NCBI GenBank assembly: GCA_051362555.1 | Contig: CM120646.1 | Coordinates: 2,604,001-2,668,000 of the forward strand | Source of the DNA: Lingula anatina | Taxonomy: Eukaryota > Animalia > Brachiopoda | Direction of reading: 5' to 3' | DNA: 64,000 nucleotides | Part shown: in pieces, positions 43,659 to 57,551 of the stretch | How positions within the stretch are numbered: position 1 is the first letter of the stretch | Layout: every line of letters begins with the position of its first letter | Made by a program: the position numbers and the translations under genes | The notes under the pieces: model-generated | The model's input: only the letters and a program-made list of their open reading frames with translations | Database searches by the model: none | Told to the model about the DNA's origin: nothing

Positions 43659-43801
43659 CAAGGTTTTGAATAAAGACCTGACGAAACTTAGAGTTGCGGT
43701 TCACACCTGTCTCGGGTATATTTATTTATTTATTTATTTATTTATTTATTTTAATTGTATATGTGTGTGTGTGTGTGACCAGCAAACAGTTTCTTAAAAC
43801 G

Positions 43802-43840
<39 letters not shown>

Positions 43841-44672
43841 GAAGAATTTCAAGATGGATCAGCCTTCAGAAACCTGTAATTGTGTAAACTTTATAAAATC
43901 GCATTTTCAACTTTATAGAACATGCTCGAAACAAGCTCGCAGTTCATTCAATAATTCAATAACCAAAGGTTGTTGTTTTTAATTGAACGGACACTACGTT
44001 TTAAATAACCAAAAATAATGCTGATATAGGCATAGCAAATGCCTGAAGCTTGGGCACTATCATTTTTTTTTTTTGCTTATATGATACGCAGACGCTTCTC
44101 TTTAATTGGAATTGACATATCAATGCTTTTGTCTTAGTCTTGTGCTTTGTCTTACTTAATCTTGTGCTTTTTCTTAGTCTTGTGCGGAAAATTTACCTTT
44201 TTTCTACTGAAGTAACCCTGTTTATCATTGAGTGATTTCGCGTGAGAAATCGCAATGTTCTTAAAATGTCTGTCTGACATCGTTTATGTAAAGTTGGCTT
44301 GTTTGATGTAAGTTTAAATGTTAAACATTGTTGAACGTGGTAGCGCCGGCGACATGCATGTAAGAACACTTGTTTATGTAGGTTTTATTGTTTTAAATTA
44401 GCAAGGTGTCAGCGGAGGCAGAATTTATGAACATCCCATCTTTCAGTATCACTAACTGATATGTTTTTCATGACACCGAGTCAGTGTTTTACGTGCTTTG
44501 ATACCTAATAAGACACCTCAGTAGCTTAGTGATGACCCCTGTAGTTCTTTCACGTGAAAAGTTTGAAAACAAGGATATACCAATATACCGGTATCTCCTG
44601 TGCATAATACCATTTCTCTTTCGTTTGAAATGCATTCACTTATTAAACAGGTCGTGTAACTAAAGCAACATT

Positions 44673-45743
44673 ATGTCAGTTTTAGCTGCAGGTAAAGATA
44701 GACCAGACAGCATGAGCGGTTCCAAGATATCAGGTGAATTACGACTTTTTAATAACGAACATTCCTGCTATGAAGACATCTCAAATATTACAAACAATGC
44801 ATCGGAGTCGACTGAAATTGATGAAGTGGATTTAAATAGGAAAATAAGGAAAACGTATCTTGATCTCGTCGCTGTTTCAGCGATATTCACCATATCATTT
44901 AGTGGCTGGCTTGGTCTTCAGAATCTTCAGAGCAGCCTGAACGTCGAGGGTGGGCTTGGCGTGGCGTCTTTGAGTGTAAGCTATGGCAGTTTATTAGTAT
45001 CTTCTTTCTACGCCCCATTCTTACTGGCAAAGTTAGCATCTCGGCGTACGATCTTGTTACATCTCGTTTTAAGCCTTTTGTACTACGCAGCCAATTTCTA
45101 TCCCAAGTTTTATACAATGCTTCCCGCATCAGCGCTATTAGGTCTGTTCTGGACGCCTCTGTTTACTGCCCAGGGGTACGTCGTGACCACGGCCGCTGTC
45201 CAGAACGCCGCCTTCACTGGCCGAAACGCGGACGAAGTAATTAGCACCTTCAACGGCTTCTTCTGGTCGACCTTCAAATTAGCCCATGTAATCGGTTCCT
45301 TGCTCTCTATGGTCGTTCTTCAACCTTCAAAACACAATCACGACAATCTTTGGAATAATTCAGTGATAAATGATTCGGATAATCTAGGAAAACTGTTATT
45401 AAATGAAACATGGGTTCCATCCTTTTGTAGCGGACATAGTTGCCCGAATAACTGGCCGTCGGGTCCCGTGCAGGCGGAGTCCCAACCGCACAGGCCTGAA
45501 GATTTCTTGATTTACACCCTCATTGGATCTTACATGGGTTTGGTGACAATAGGGATATGTATCACAGTTTTTACCCTGAAAGATCAAAAAGTGGATCGTG
45601 ATCAGAGATCGACAGTGGGGGAGAACAAAAAGCACCTTCTTGCTATTTTCAGGCTTATGAAGGATCCTAAGATTTATTTAAATATTCCACTTTTTTGCTT
45701 CGTCGGAATGCAAATGGCGTTTTTGTTTTCGGAATTCACTAAG
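44673..45743 (+). CDS. UNC-93-like variable exon V4
   Basis: Motifs LQNLQSSLN, ANFYP, AQGYVVT, CSGHSCP; ends FSEFTK|gtatgt in phase 0. Confidence 0.9.
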
Positions 45744-46568
45744 GTATGTCACACATTTGTTAACAATCTCTGTATAAAACGTTGGGTTTTGTTTTGTGAG
45801 TTCTTCACTATAAATAATTATAACTGTCAATATTAGTAACATATGCCCAAGTAGCCAGTTCAGGGTACTGTTTTTGGTAAACAGTGGCTTAATCAGACGA
45901 ATCCCCCGTCACAGTTTGACAGGTAATGGAAAATTTCAGGGTAGGAACAAAGAGGGGGGGGATTGTTTTTAATATGCATTTTGATAAATTAGACAATTTT
46001 CGATTAAACATATCAGACTTTGTAAAATGGACATTTTCGCCTTTATCTCGTTTTGACACCCAAGCCCAAACAGTGATTGCAAATAACATTTTTACATGGC
46101 GTTCTCTTTGAGGTTTGCTCCTATGCGCTTTCTCTTTATTTGAGACAAAGATTTTTTTACATGTAAATAGTTAGGTGGTGCATTAAGTATTGTTGTCACA
46201 AGTCATTATGTACATCAAAGAATTTTAAAACGCTTTAATTTTTCTGACATTAAAAGCTCGTAATTTTTCTGACATTAAAAGCACACCCTCCATTACACAA
46301 TGGGTTTTTAGATTTGAACGAGTTGTCAAAGATAGTTCTTCACCTGATCAAAATGTGCTGTGATACAAGCCTGTTTAAGAATGTCGGTTCATTTAAGATT
46401 AAATTTCAAGACAGATTTGGAACTCTGCTGAGAAATAATTGTGTTAGGTGAGAAAAAGTATGTGTTATCATCTCTGCGGATTGCCCTGTTCTGCATGTTG
46501 AATCCTTTAGCCGTGTTGTTTGCTGACAAAAGCATTTATCAGATGTAATGTAAAACAGGAAAGTCTAA

Positions 46569-46808
46569 GGTCTCCTTCCCAATAAAACTATCGGTCTACG
46601 TCGATCGATCTAACTCCGCGGGGACTTTCGCTAAATGGAACCAGTTTAACACGCCTCCTCTTGTTTTAAACGAACTCGTATGATCACCAGCTTTTCTGTA
46701 ATCTACTCAACGCCAGTAGGAGGCGTGTTAATCTTTCAATCTGATCGCATCCAACCCGCGGAGTTGGATCGATGTACATAGAACGATGGTTTTATTGGGA
46801 ATCAGCCC
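46569..46808. mobile_element. Harbinger-like MITE, copy 2
   Basis: Same TIR family as 34837-35045, with TAA on both flanks. Confidence 0.75.
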
Positions 46809-47766
46809 TAAAAAGAAAGGCAATATACGTGATCCCGCATATGGAACTTGTTACCAGAATAATATGCGGAATATTATTATGTGTACAAATGATAAAAATC
46901 AATGCGGTAAGAAGACGACGTCATGTTTTCATGCATTAAATATGCGGAAAAAAAAGAATAGATATAGCTTTACCTGAAATATTCATAGTCATATAATTGC
47001 TGTGTGTGTGTGTGTGTGTGTGTGTGTTTTTTTAAACCAAAGTTCGAGTGTTTAATATAAATGAAATTTATGCGGAAATTTAAAGGGATAAGTTGTGATT
47101 GAATGTACGTTGAATTTAATTGAATTGTGTACTTGAATTACGACAGTAAATTTTCAACGGGCGCTACTGTTTAAGTTGTCTCGTTAAAGCAGCCAGAATG
47201 AAAGGTATTTCATCGTACTGACACTGAAAAGTCGTGAATCATTCATAAACTTGCAATCCCAGGGACAGAGTGATGAGAAAATTCATGTCTCGAGGATTGC
47301 TGTGGAATAAGAACACTTTGTTTCAAACGTGTGCATGCATGGTTCTTATAAATAAAACAAAGTAGGTGAACGTGCTTTAGAATGTATGAAGGCGCGTTTG
47401 CCATAAATTCCAGACAACAATTTTGTTTCATATCGTATATTACAGCAAGCAGCGTCCCTACCACTGTGGTTACATGTTTGTCAAGTGTTATAATTGCTTA
47501 GGGATAGAAATTTTGTGGTGTAAGGTAGTTTAAGACCAGTCCCGATGGAGAGAGTACATTATGTTATGGGACGTGCCTAACATGGTTAATTTATTTTGTG
47601 GTAGATCTGAGGTCAACCTTCGATGGCTGACAGAGTAGGTAAGGAAGAAGACGTGACTTGCCTTATGCATTAGAACTAGGTATCTATCATTTGAATTCTG
47701 CGATTTTGTAACCCATACTTTGATGTTAAAAGACTAGTCGTGTTTCGACTACAGTCAACAGGTAAT

Positions 47767-48831
47767 ATGTCAGTAAAAGAAGTGGGAAATGGTGTTCTGG
47801 AGACTGATTTAGAGATATTCCAAGAATCTTTTCGTTGTGAAAAGGAGGCCAAAAGCCGCGATGAATTATCAAGTGAAGGGAACAATGTGGAACGTTTTAA
47901 AGTAACTGTGAAGTTGGATTTACGTCGAAAGATACGGCAAACCTATTTTGACCTCGCCATCATCACTGCCATATTTAATATTGTATTCAGTGCATGGTTC
48001 AGCCAGTTGAATCTACAGAGTAGTCTTAACTTTAAGGGCGGACTTGGCGTTGCAGCCATGAGCGTCACTTACGGCACTCAGATAGTTTCATCTTTCTATG
48101 CTCCCGTTATCGTAGCTAAGCTAGGATCTAAGTACACTTTGCTAATGTTTATTGGATGTAATGTACTCTTTTACGCTGCAAATTTCCATCCTCGCTTGTA
48201 CACCATGATCCCTGGGTCTGTCCTTTCTGGGCTGCTGGCGACACCTATTTTCACGGCCCAGGGGTACATCGTGACGTCTGCTGCAATTCACAACGCTGCC
48301 CTGACCGAGCGAAATAAAGATGATGTTATTAGCAACTTCAACGGTATTTTCTGGTCATGTTTCAAATCAGCACAGATTTCAGGAAATTTGCTGTCAACCC
48401 TTGTGTTGCAGCAATCAAAACACTCTTATTATGACTACAGAAACAGCTCATTAAGCAATTTTTCTGAGAAACCCGGGGATGCTTCGTCAGAGGAAACCGG
48501 AGTTTCTTCTTTGTGCGGAGTCAAAAGCTGCCCAGACAACTGGGTTTCGGGACATGTGCACGTAGGAACACAGTCCCCCAGACCGGAAGATACCCTGGTT
48601 TACATCCTGCTTGGGTCTTACATGGGGTTGGTCGTGATCGGGGCGGGCATCACAGCATTTGCCCTGAAAGAACAGAAAGCGGAACGCAAGGAAAAGTTGA
48701 CGGCTGAAGACACCAAGCAACTAATTTTAGCCACTGTCAAACTTATGAAGTGCCCATCAATGTGTTTGCTGATATCTCTTTGTGTTTCTAACGGCGTACA
48801 GATGGCTTTTTTGAGTGCGGTCTTTACTCAG
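47767..48831 (+). CDS. UNC-93-like variable exon V5
   Basis: Motifs QLNLQSSLN, ANFHP, AQGYIVT, GNLLSTLVL, CGVKSCP; ends SAVFTQ|gtaccg in phase 0. Confidence 0.88.
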
Positions 48832-49483
48832 GTACCGTATGCTATTACTCTAAGTATTGCCAGCTCGATCTTGATTTCATATGCAACCCATATCAGCAAA
48901 AGGCTATCCCATGAAAAGCTATGAATAGTTAGCAAGCTAGCTTTACAGTGCCCTGACACTCAGGGTATATGTCATTTTAGTTATCCACCCGAATTGCGTG
49001 TAAGTAAATGAGAGACTGGTGCAGATTTAAATGTTCACTATATCCATTTGAAAAAGTCCCTTAAGTCAATTAATGTCTACATGTTCTGCACAGCTATTTA
49101 CAAGCTTCCATTCGGACTATAAAACGATAAAACCCCTCAAATTAAAGTGCTCGATGTGAATATTGTCCTTCGAAATGTACAGGAAGACCCGGCGGTCAGA
49201 ACGCCTGGGCAGATAGTTAGAACAGTATTTAAGAGAAAAGATGTTTTCGAGGTACATTTAATTTGGCGCGTAAGCTCCGGAAGTGATGAATTTAAAATTT
49301 AGATTTATATATTGCACAGGACCGTAACCCTGGCTGCAGAAAGAACGTGACTGTCCCGAAATCATTGCTCTCTCACTTGAGTGCCGAAGTCCTTTTATCC
49401 ATAATGCATGCATCAGTAAATGCAGTGCCTCACACCTCAGCGTGGTCGTACTTTGTATCTTCATATGATAAAACTAAAACAAG

Positions 49484-49522
<39 letters not shown>

Positions 49523-50951
49523 TGTGTGAGTTTGTGTGTGTGTGTGTGTGCTTTTGTTGGAAAATTTTGTTTGTGGAATACCAGAAAGTACAGTCAGTGG
49601 AATTACAATCACTGATCTGTTGCCTAATATAACCAGACTTCTCAATTAGCAATCTTATTTTAACTTTTGAAAAAAATGAGCAAATCGAAGAAGCAAGGTG
49701 AATTAACTTGAGGACGTGGTAGCAAACTGTTCACTTTAAGACGTTTGAAAAGCACAACTTCGTGAAGCCCGATGTGTAGATATGAATTTCTTCACTATAA
49801 CGCATTTCGTCTCGTCGCGGGTTTAATGTTTATTTATTTATTATTTTCATACACACAAACAAAAAAGCTGCTGGCGTAATGTAAATTATATATAGTTGTG
49901 TTCAGTTCTCTTTTCCCCAGCTATTCCATCCCGATATAATTCTCTATGTCAACCTCTGTGCTACTTCCCCCTTCATCGTTTACATTGGATCCCACCCAGG
50001 GACTTGAATTTACTTACTTTTTTTTACTTTCACCCCTTCCATCTTCACATCTCCATTTTCATTACATAGGCATTTAGGTACTCAGTCTTGCTCCTCATTA
50101 CCTTCACCCCCCCCCCCCCCCCCCTGCTCTCACTTCACGACCGAGCGCACTTTAGCTTGTAGGTTATTTTGGTGAATTGTCACCAGTAAAGTCATCTCCA
50201 CCTAAACAGACATCATCTCTATGTATGTTATTATGTATTCAATAACCAACTCAATTTGTATTCACGCTATCTTAAAAAGTAAAGCCCCTGTTTGACATTC
50301 GCTTAATTTCTTGCACTCGGTAAAGGAGGCTGGATACCAAGTTCAGAAAACATTTGCTCTAAATTTTAACCTCACGTGAATCAGTGATGTGCTTTTCAGT
50401 ATATAGCCGTGAATGCTTGTACTGTTTTGTGGTTTGTTAGGTGATTTAAGATAAGGGGTAAGTGGACATTTGTATCGTGACCTTTATCGGGGACACGTCT
50501 GGGTTTCATGTAAATGGATACCAAACGCTCTACGGGTGATGTAACTGCACGGTATCTCCACATTTAATTTGTTTCTGGCTATATGCATGTACGTCACGAG
50601 CAAGTGAGGGCATGTGAGACATGCACTGCATTTACAGTGATGTTCATTCACCAGACTAAAGTTTAAATACCACACAATCACATGATGCAGAGAGTGGCAT
50701 ATCGCTGGAGGGGCATGCAGGGAATCATGACCTCAAAAGGCCTGACAAGAGGTACAAAAAGGGCTTTAATGTATACCGGGTCAGGCGTAGAGAGGTACAT
50801 AAGCACCCCTGACGGTACATATTGAAACTTTGTCAAGACCACCTGTGCTGACACACGTTGGTGTTTTTGCACCACTTCAATACCAGTTTAAGGTCAAGAT
50901 AGTGTATGTTAGTTTACAGCCATATTTTTGTCTTCTTGTAGTTTATACATA

Positions 50952-51854
50952 ATGTCGATTTGTACAACCTGTAAAGATCTGCAAAACATATTGGCTTTGT
51001 CCACGGCCTTCCTGATCGTGTTCACGGGCTGGCACGGGTCAGAGACTATACAGACTAGCCTGAACAAGGAAGAGGATTTTGGTGTTCTCGCGCTCAGTCT
51101 GAATTATGGCGTGGCGGTTCTGTCTGCTCTAGTGTCTCCGGTTGTGGTAGAGAAGATAGGTTTGAAGCGAATCCTAATGGTCGGTTTCTTGACCCATGCG
51201 TTATTTCACGCTGCTAACTTTTATCGGTCTACCTATACCGTCGTACCTATAACTGTGTTGAAGGGGTTCACGGTGAACCCCGTGTGGACGGCCCAGGGGT
51301 ACCTGACCACAACATATGCCATGGATTTGGCGGATCAACGAGGACTGGCAAGCAGTGATGCGACAGTCAGTTCATTCCAAGGCATATTTGGACTAATGTA
51401 CAAATCCAGTTTTGTCTGGGGTAATCTCCTATCATGGGTTGTGCTCAAGAACAGAGCACATCCTTTGCACCCAAGTATCAACAGTTCGGTTGACGGCATC
51501 ACTGCTGCCAACCTGACAACAGTACCCACGTGCGGCATTGGATACTGTCCAGCTTCCTCGTGCAATGCATCTGTGGAAGAGCCGATTCAGGACAGCAACA
51601 CAAATGTGTCAGATGAGCTGAGGTACGCTTTAATGGGCGTCTATCTCTCCCTGGCCTTAAGTGGGATTGTTTTTACGTTCTTCGCCCTGAAAGATGAAAG
51701 CCTTTATAAACACGGCAACCAGAAGTTGGTGGGTCCGAAAGACCTTCTATTGTCCACTTTGGCATTATTGAAGACGGCCAATATGGTAATGCTGGCCCCA
51801 CTAATGACTTTTTGCGGAATGCACGGGGCATTTTTGTTGGGTGATGTTTCAAAG
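50952..51854 (+). CDS. UNC-93-like variable exon V6
   Basis: Motifs IQTSLN, ANFY, PVWTAQGYLT, WGNLLSWVVL, CGIGYCP; ends GDVSK|gtgagt in phase 0. Confidence 0.9.
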
Positions 51855-52987
51855 GTGAGTTGATTAGAATGTTTTTTTTTTAAACACACCTCGATTTTGG
51901 TGAAGTTTGCTTTTTGATTTACATATTTATACAAGGTTCAAATTATTAAAGATATTAAGAACAAATGTTTTCTGAACTTAGTTTACCGAGTGCTGTACTG
52001 TGCACTTCGTTTTGGGTGCGACCGAACGCATACGAAAGTTAATCACCCCTAACTGCTCGAGGAGGTGTGTCATCCAGTTAATATGATTGCATCCAGAGAC
52101 AGTCCCAGCAGAGCTGGATCGATTTTCGCAGAGTGATAGTTTCATTGGGAATTCGCCCATAGCTGTACATGTTCTTCGTGAAAACAATTATTGCAACTTA
52201 GAATGCACAACACAGATACAAATGTTATCTGTACGTGAAGTATAAATATGTCGTAAATATATTCACGACAAAGGGGAACAATAAACTACAACAAAACACG
52301 AAAGCATCACAAAGAAGACAAGAACACAAAACGTCTGGCATTTTCTGTGCAATGTGTTAAGATATAACTTGAAAGAGACGTACGCGTATTTATTTTTGAT
52401 AAGTCAAGTACATCCTTTATCTTATTGGTTAGATTTTATGACATATATAATAAGGACCACCGTACTTGAGTTTAACCTTAGTTAACCGCACTGCTAGTTC
52501 TCGCAAAAAGCTTCACAAATGTTTTTTTTCTGTGAGTGAAAACTGAACAGAAGAGCATGTCACACGAATATAGATTTAAAGTACATTTGAAAAAAAAAGT
52601 CCACCGCATGGGTAACACATTTCCATTAAGACAATGGAATCCAAGTTTTGCGACGTCATGAGAAGCTGGTACATAGAATACAATGACGGCGTAAAACAGG
52701 CGTGAAGGTTCCACGAGGACTTAGTTGTTTCTTTTTTCCTGTCAGGAAATTATTCCAAGCACTTACTACTAAACAATTTAACCAAAATGAAGCTATCGAG
52801 TTACAGCACTTCAACTATAGAAGTTTACTGCTGATTGTCTTGCCGGTCAGATAAGTCAGCGCTTTTCATTCTCGCCCGGTTATCTTGTTGCCTCAGAAAT
52901 CAGGTTATTGAAGATTAAATGCGTATTATTTGTGAGCACAGGAAGAAGACTCCATCCGTTGTTGGAAGAAGGAGAACTGGTGATATA

Positions 52988-53914
52988 ATGGCACCTTTTA
53001 AAGGCATCAAAAGTAGCAGTTCCACCAAGACGACATATCGGGATGTGCTTGTGTTTACGGTCTTATTCACTCTCGTATACATTCCGCATAGCTGCCTCGT
53101 TATGGTCCAAACAAGCCTCAACGCAAAGGATGGCCTTGGAACTCTTGCCATGGCTGTGATGAGTTTGGCAACACTGGCGTCAGCATTCATTGCCCCATTC
53201 GTACTACAAAAACTCACACCAAAAAGGACGTTACTTGCAGGCTTTCTGATCCAGGCGCTTTGGCAAGCGTCAAATTTCTACCCTAGTTTCTTTACGGTTA
53301 TCCCTGGCGCATTTTTAGTGGGATTGTCCCAGGGTCCCTTGTGGACTGTTCAGGGAGAATATGTTACAACCCTAGCTTTGAGCCATGCCTCTGTGACAGA
53401 GAAAGCGCCAGATATTGTCATAAGTCTCTTCAATGGGATATTTTACCTTATATTCAAAACGGCACATATATGGGGCAATTTGGTCACGCTGCTTGTGTTT
53501 ATGCAACGCGAGAAGAACCCGGATGATAATGGTATAAAGAATTTAACCCTCGGAGTGGACGCTAACAATATTACTGTAAATGTCAGCCTTACAGCCGAAC
53601 CAAACTTGAAATGTAGCGTTCACAGCTGTCCAATGGACGACTCCATAAGATCCCATAACAAAACTATCGTGCAGAGACCAGATGAGCGTCTGGTTTACAC
53701 ACTGCTAGGTGCAAACATTGGGCTGGTAGTATTGTCCACTCTTCTGGCCCTAATTTTGTTTAAACCGCCAAAGCAGATAGGACGTTTGCTTAAAACGAAG
53801 GATCTTGTGCTGGCGACAGTCAAGTTACTCAGCAACCATAAACTTACTCTTCACATTCCATTAATGGGTTACAATGGTCTGCATCAAGCTTTTCTGTTTG
53901 GCGAAGTATCTAAG
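52988..53914 (+). CDS. UNC-93-like variable exon V7 (alternative in-frame ATG at 52919)
   Basis: Motifs VQTSLN, SNFYP, PLWTVQGEY, WGNLVTLLVF, CSVHSCP; ends GEVSK|gtaggg in phase 0. Confidence 0.9.
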
Positions 53915-54062
53915 GTAGGGGTGTGTGTAAAATCAGTGTAGATATCGCCCAGTTTAATCGGTTATATTCATATCTTTATTTTATTCTCTTTTACGATTTT
54001 ATTAAGTTTATTATGCTTTTTTTACAGGATGAATTACTGTACATTTGCTTTCTTTGTTTTTG

Positions 54063-54408
54063 TTTGAAGTAAAAGCAAAGTCACTTTCTTACAAAACTGC
54101 ACTCCACACGCGTATCAGTGCGGTTTGCAGTGGTCAGTTTGGCACTATAATACAGACTCACTGGGTGTAGGGAATCTCCCTCCTTTCCTGGGTAGGATAA
54201 AGCCCATAAGAGGCGCTGAAAGCTACCATACGAACAATATCCTTCATTGTCACACCAGGAACTCTACCCTGCTTCAACCCTATTGTGCTGAGTGCCAAGC
54301 GGGGAAACAGCAAACACTATATATGAATATCTGATATGTCCCCAGACGGGGTCAAAGCCACGTCCTCCCGCTCCGGAGGCGGACAGTCTGACCACAAGGT
54401 CATACGGC
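54063..54408 (-). mobile_element. tRNA-derived SINE
   Basis: The minus-strand head has A-box-like TGACCTTGTGG and B-box-like GGCTTTGACCC. A core GCTTGGCACTCAGCA recalls the Meta-SINE core. Confidence 0.6.
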
Positions 54409-54437
54409 AATTTATTTATTTTACACCCGCGTGCGCT

Positions 54438-54439
<2 letters not shown>

Positions 54440-54521
<82 letters not shown>
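54440..54521. repeat. Compound (AC)n(AG)n microsatellite
   Basis: Direct inspection. Confidence 0.95.
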
Positions 54522-54525
<4 letters not shown>

Positions 54526-55105
54526 ATTTAGGCTATTAAGTCTTGTCCAGTGATCATCTTATCTTATTGGTGAGGTTGCATAAGTTTATTGTCACTCTAT
54601 CGTACATGATGTGATGCCAGCTGACTGCACTGTAGCTTTTCCTACACAGTGTTCTCACAGGTGCTGTCATACGTACTGGTAGATAATCATTAATCAGAAC
54701 GCTTGAAAATATATAGGGGCAATCCTCGTGTGTGGCACATTTCAGTTAAGACAATGGTGACTCTTGACTCTTCATGACAAGTTACCACGTAATACGAAGG
54801 TGGCCTGAAGCAGCTCACAGCACTACTTGTGCATAGCTGTGCTTTCCGACCTGCAGACAATTTATGCAGCGATTGAGTCTTTTTTTTTTCGAACAATTCC
54901 TAATGGCAGCTGCAAATTCAGAAACATCACAGTTGTCGAGTTGTGCCCCTTAAAGTTTAGTAGCTGAATGTCGGCTTTGGCACCAATCAGTTACGTAAGA
55001 AGCTATATTTGCACTATTTCCGTTTCGTTGGGTAATCTTGTACTGTCTCGGGTCGGGTTTGTATAACAGGATACAAAGTGCTTGTACGTTGAAACGTGGA
55101 GGAAA

Positions 55106-56077
55106 ATGGCTCCTCCTGTTACTGTGAGGAAGATTCGGCATGGTTCAACGCCTAACAAGGACAGAGAGCTTGAAACGTCCTCTAAAAGAAGTTACAGGGA
55201 TATTCTTGTATTTGCGATCTTATTTACGCTCATTTTTACACCGCATTGCTGCCTAAATACGATCCAGACAAGCCTCAACGCGAAGGACGGCCTGGGAACC
55301 CTCGCGTTGGCAGCAGCAAGTTTTACGACACTGGTGTCAGCATTCATTGTCCCATTTGTTCTCCAAAAACTCACACTTAAGAAGACGTTGATTGCAGGAT
55401 TCCTGATTCAAGCACTTTGGCAAGCATCAAATTTCTACCCTAGTTTCTTTACGGTTATCCCCGGGGCTCTCTTGATGGGATTGTCCCAGGGTCCTTTGAT
55501 GACTGTTCAGGGAGAGTATGTTACAACTCTTGCTTTGAACCACGCCTCTGCGACGGAGAAAGCGCCAGATGTTGTCATAAGTCTCTTCAATGGGATATTT
55601 TACCTTATATTCAAAACGGCACATGTGTGGGGCAATTTGGTCACGCTGCTCGTGTTTATGCAACGCGAGGGCAACGCGCCTGAAAATGGTGTCGTGAATT
55701 TTACTCTCGGAGTGGACGCTGCAGTCAGCAATAGTACTGTGAATGTCATTATTGCAGGCGAACCGGAGTTAAGATGTAGCGTTCACAGCTGTCCATTGGA
55801 TGACTCAATACGATCGAAGAACGAAACTAGCCTAGAGAGACCAGCAGAGCGTCTGGTTTACACACTGCTAGGTGCAAACATTGGGATGGTAGTATTGTCC
55901 ACTCTGTTGGCCATTATGTTGTTTAAACCGCCAAAGCGCAGGAAGGTCGTGCTCGAAACGAAGATTCTTCTTCTAGCGACAGTCAAGTTACTAAGCAACC
56001 ATAAACTTACTCTCCTCATACCATTAATGGGTTACAATGGCCTGCATCAAGCTTTTCTGTTTGGCGAAGTATCTAAG
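55106..56077 (+). CDS. UNC-93-like variable exon V8 (close paralog of V7)
   Basis: Motifs IQTSLN, SNFYP, TVQGEY, CSVHSCP; ends GEVSK|gtaggg in phase 0. Confidence 0.9.
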
Positions 56078-56574
56078 GTAGGGAAGAGTGCAAAAGACTG
56101 ACAATATCAACCATTTGACTTGGTCATGTTTATTTTTACATGATCCTCTTTTATATTTTAGTTACATGTAGGTTCGTTGGCACTTGCGTATTACTGTTAA
56201 AGGCAGCCTCGACCGTACGTTTGCACGCATTATGCGTAAGGCTATTTCACACACACGCACACACACGCACAGTAAATAAAAGAAACCATGTGAAATCCAT
56301 CAACCAGAAATCCACATGCCATCAATTTCACATGGGGTTGGCCAGTGGTTTACTGGCAGAGAGGTCACATAGGCAATAACAGAGCTCTCAGATGAGACTT
56401 GGGGCGCGTTCACAGTCAAAGTTAATCCTTCCCACTTGAGAGCTTGCAGCATAACCCATTCAGTGTCTGTTAAGGGATTTTGCAGCAAGCTTTTAGTGGT
56501 CGGACATATTTGATCGCAGATTTGAAGGTCCTCAGATCAAATCTGTTGTGCATGCGGCTAATATTTGCTTTATC

Positions 56575-56693
56575 TTAAAGGGATAATAACTCTTTGTTTT
56601 GGCCAAAAATATTAATTTTCCTAGAGTAAACATCAATTTTCCCATACTTACCAATGGTTAGCGAACCCATTTTTACATTCAAAGTTAGTCCCT

Positions 56694-56744
<51 letters not shown>

Positions 56745-56892
56745 CTGTTAAGTGAATATGACGTAGTATAGCCATCAATGGAGGTCATGTGGTCTAAAGA
56801 CAAGCTCAGATATCAGAATAATAGCTATAACTGCCAGAAAATATTATATTTCTATGAGTTGTTCACAATGTTTTTATTGTGAAATATAGATC
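56575..56892. mobile_element. TTAA-flanked MITE, copy 2 (inverted relative to 14010-14354; one end lost)
   Basis: Begins TTAAAGGGATAATAACTCTT. The body is the reverse complement of ~14036-14354. Confidence 0.8.
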
Positions 56893-57551
56893 TGATTTAA
56901 CATCCCGCTGTACACTATTCTTGTTTACTTACACCAGGTGATAACCTTTGTATAGTTTAATCATCAAATTAAATGGCAGCGTCTGTGCAGGAGTTGGACG
57001 CCCGGGCGAATTGATCTTCATGGCAAATATGTTCCAGGTGGAAAATCCTGTCACAGCGACGCAGTCTTCACCTTGACATGTCGAGTAAGACAAACTGAGA
57101 CGAAAATATCACATAAAGACTTATAATGAAAAACATATTCCTGTCTGCAACTTTTTTCCATTAAGATATCTATCTACACTGACTTCTTTTAAGGCAGCAT
57201 TTTAAATTGTGCTCGTTTGACGTGTCATATAACTGTAACACGACCACATGACTGAAAGAGGTTGCAGTATACTCAGTAATCTTCGCTGATGCCACTGGAT
57301 GCCACTAAAAGATATTGCTTATATAAAGAGATAACACCACACGGTCAGCCATGGTGTCAGTAAGGTGAAGTATGTGACCTGGCAGTGAGAAAATTTTGCA
57401 TAGGCCATTTAAGGCTGTAACTTACATTACCATTATTCTAGTTGAACATTATTGTTGGAATACATTTTGAAATCCACACAGTTAAGCAGTGCGGGGATTA
57501 GAGAGATGGATTCTTGACATAAAGCTTGAAAATCCCTTCAAAACAGACGAC

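Noticed and set aside
54340-54408. tRNA gene
   Set aside because: The A and B boxes are degenerate, there is no clean cloverleaf, and it continues into a SINE body.
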